Shown: piece after piece, positions 63,478-64,000 of the stretch
Position numbering within the stretch: the first letter of the stretch is position 1
How the letters are laid out: each line of letters opens with the position of its first letter
Assembly: GCA_023515725.1 (NCBI GenBank)
Contig: JALDTO010000142.1
Span: 310,001 to 374,000, forward strand
Source of the DNA: Amoeboaphelidium protococcarum X5
Taxonomy: Eukaryota > Fungi > Aphelidiomycota
Direction of reading: 5' to 3'
DNA length: 64,000 bases
Notes under the pieces: model-generated
The model's database searches: none
The model's input: only the letters and a program-made list of their open reading frames with translations
What the model was told of the DNA's origin: nothing
Translations under genes and position numbers: made by a program

Positions 63478-64000
63478 TCAAAAAAGTCCATAGTACTTCA
63501 TATCAGCCGGATACCCATATTCATTGATCAATATGGCCATAGAATCTTCATCGTTGTGTAAACTTTCACAAGATGCAATAAATGCAAATCGTTTTATCAT
63601 ACGCTGACGATCACCGATGGGAACCATGTCAGAGTGAACATAGTCAAAGAACCCGCGCACAAGTTCAGACTCATCTGGAACTAAATCGCGATCGTTCAGC
63701 ACCTGTTAATCTTTCCACAGCCTTATATATTGCTCAAAGAAATCATACTCTTTCATAACAAAATACGGCAAGCCTTCAAAGAAGTAAAATCTTGATTTGC
63801 GTTACTTTAACGGCATAACAATACTAGATGCAATTAACCGCTAAATCAATCCATCCACATAGCAGGATGAATAGACAAACCTACCGTAATTTGCATAAGC
63901 AATACGCGCAACTTAAACAATATTGTCTGGAAACTAGAGCTATTGTTCAGCTTATTTCATCTTTTACATCCAATCTTAGTGGTATTCATCCCTTAATTTA
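63478..64000 (-). CDS. 3' end of a hypothetical protein (runs off the window)
   Basis: Open TAR=Gln frame from the window edge to TGA 63478, protein-like composition. Confidence 0.55.

Noticed and set aside
1-64000. Mass pseudogenisation suggested by the fragmented ORF track
   Set aside because: Interruptions are TAA/TAG at Gln positions; frames are otherwise intact and end in TGA

Overview
Gene-dense eukaryotic (fungus-like) DNA with short GT-AG introns (~60-66 nt) and a non-standard nuclear code: in-frame TAA/TAG sit at conserved Gln positions and genes end in TGA (translation table 6). The supplied standard-code ORF track therefore shatters nearly every gene. Code plus gene content fit the aphelid algal parasite Amoeboaphelidium protococcarum (inference). 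Re-read with TAR=Gln, the window holds about 30 genes: housekeeping genes (LSC1, rotatin, SDH4, TBC1D20, BMT5, carnitine acyltransferase, UTP22, SEC1, TMS1, TAF5, SETD3-like, mitochondrial carrier, SSF1, GRH1), one tRNA-His and several effector-like genes. Two regions stand out. (1) A 4486-bp TIR-bounded IS3EU-like DNA transposon (51907-56392) carries an intact DDE transposase and a convergent intact alpha-kinase; it lacks a TSD and joins a 3'-truncated eIF4E gene to an apparently 5'-truncated coiled-coil gene. (2) A rearranged effector block (27.2-34.7 kb) has two inverted Crinkler-like REase-kinase genes with swapped N-terminal headers, flanking an inverted 3.3-kb duplicate of 13.7-17.0 kb (truncated subtilisin plus 2 kb of gene-free DNA with a 316-bp identical core). 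A Tse2-like ADP-ribosyltransferase gene lies near the right end. All calls are by-eye motif recognition with no database search; coordinates of intron-containing genes are gene spans.
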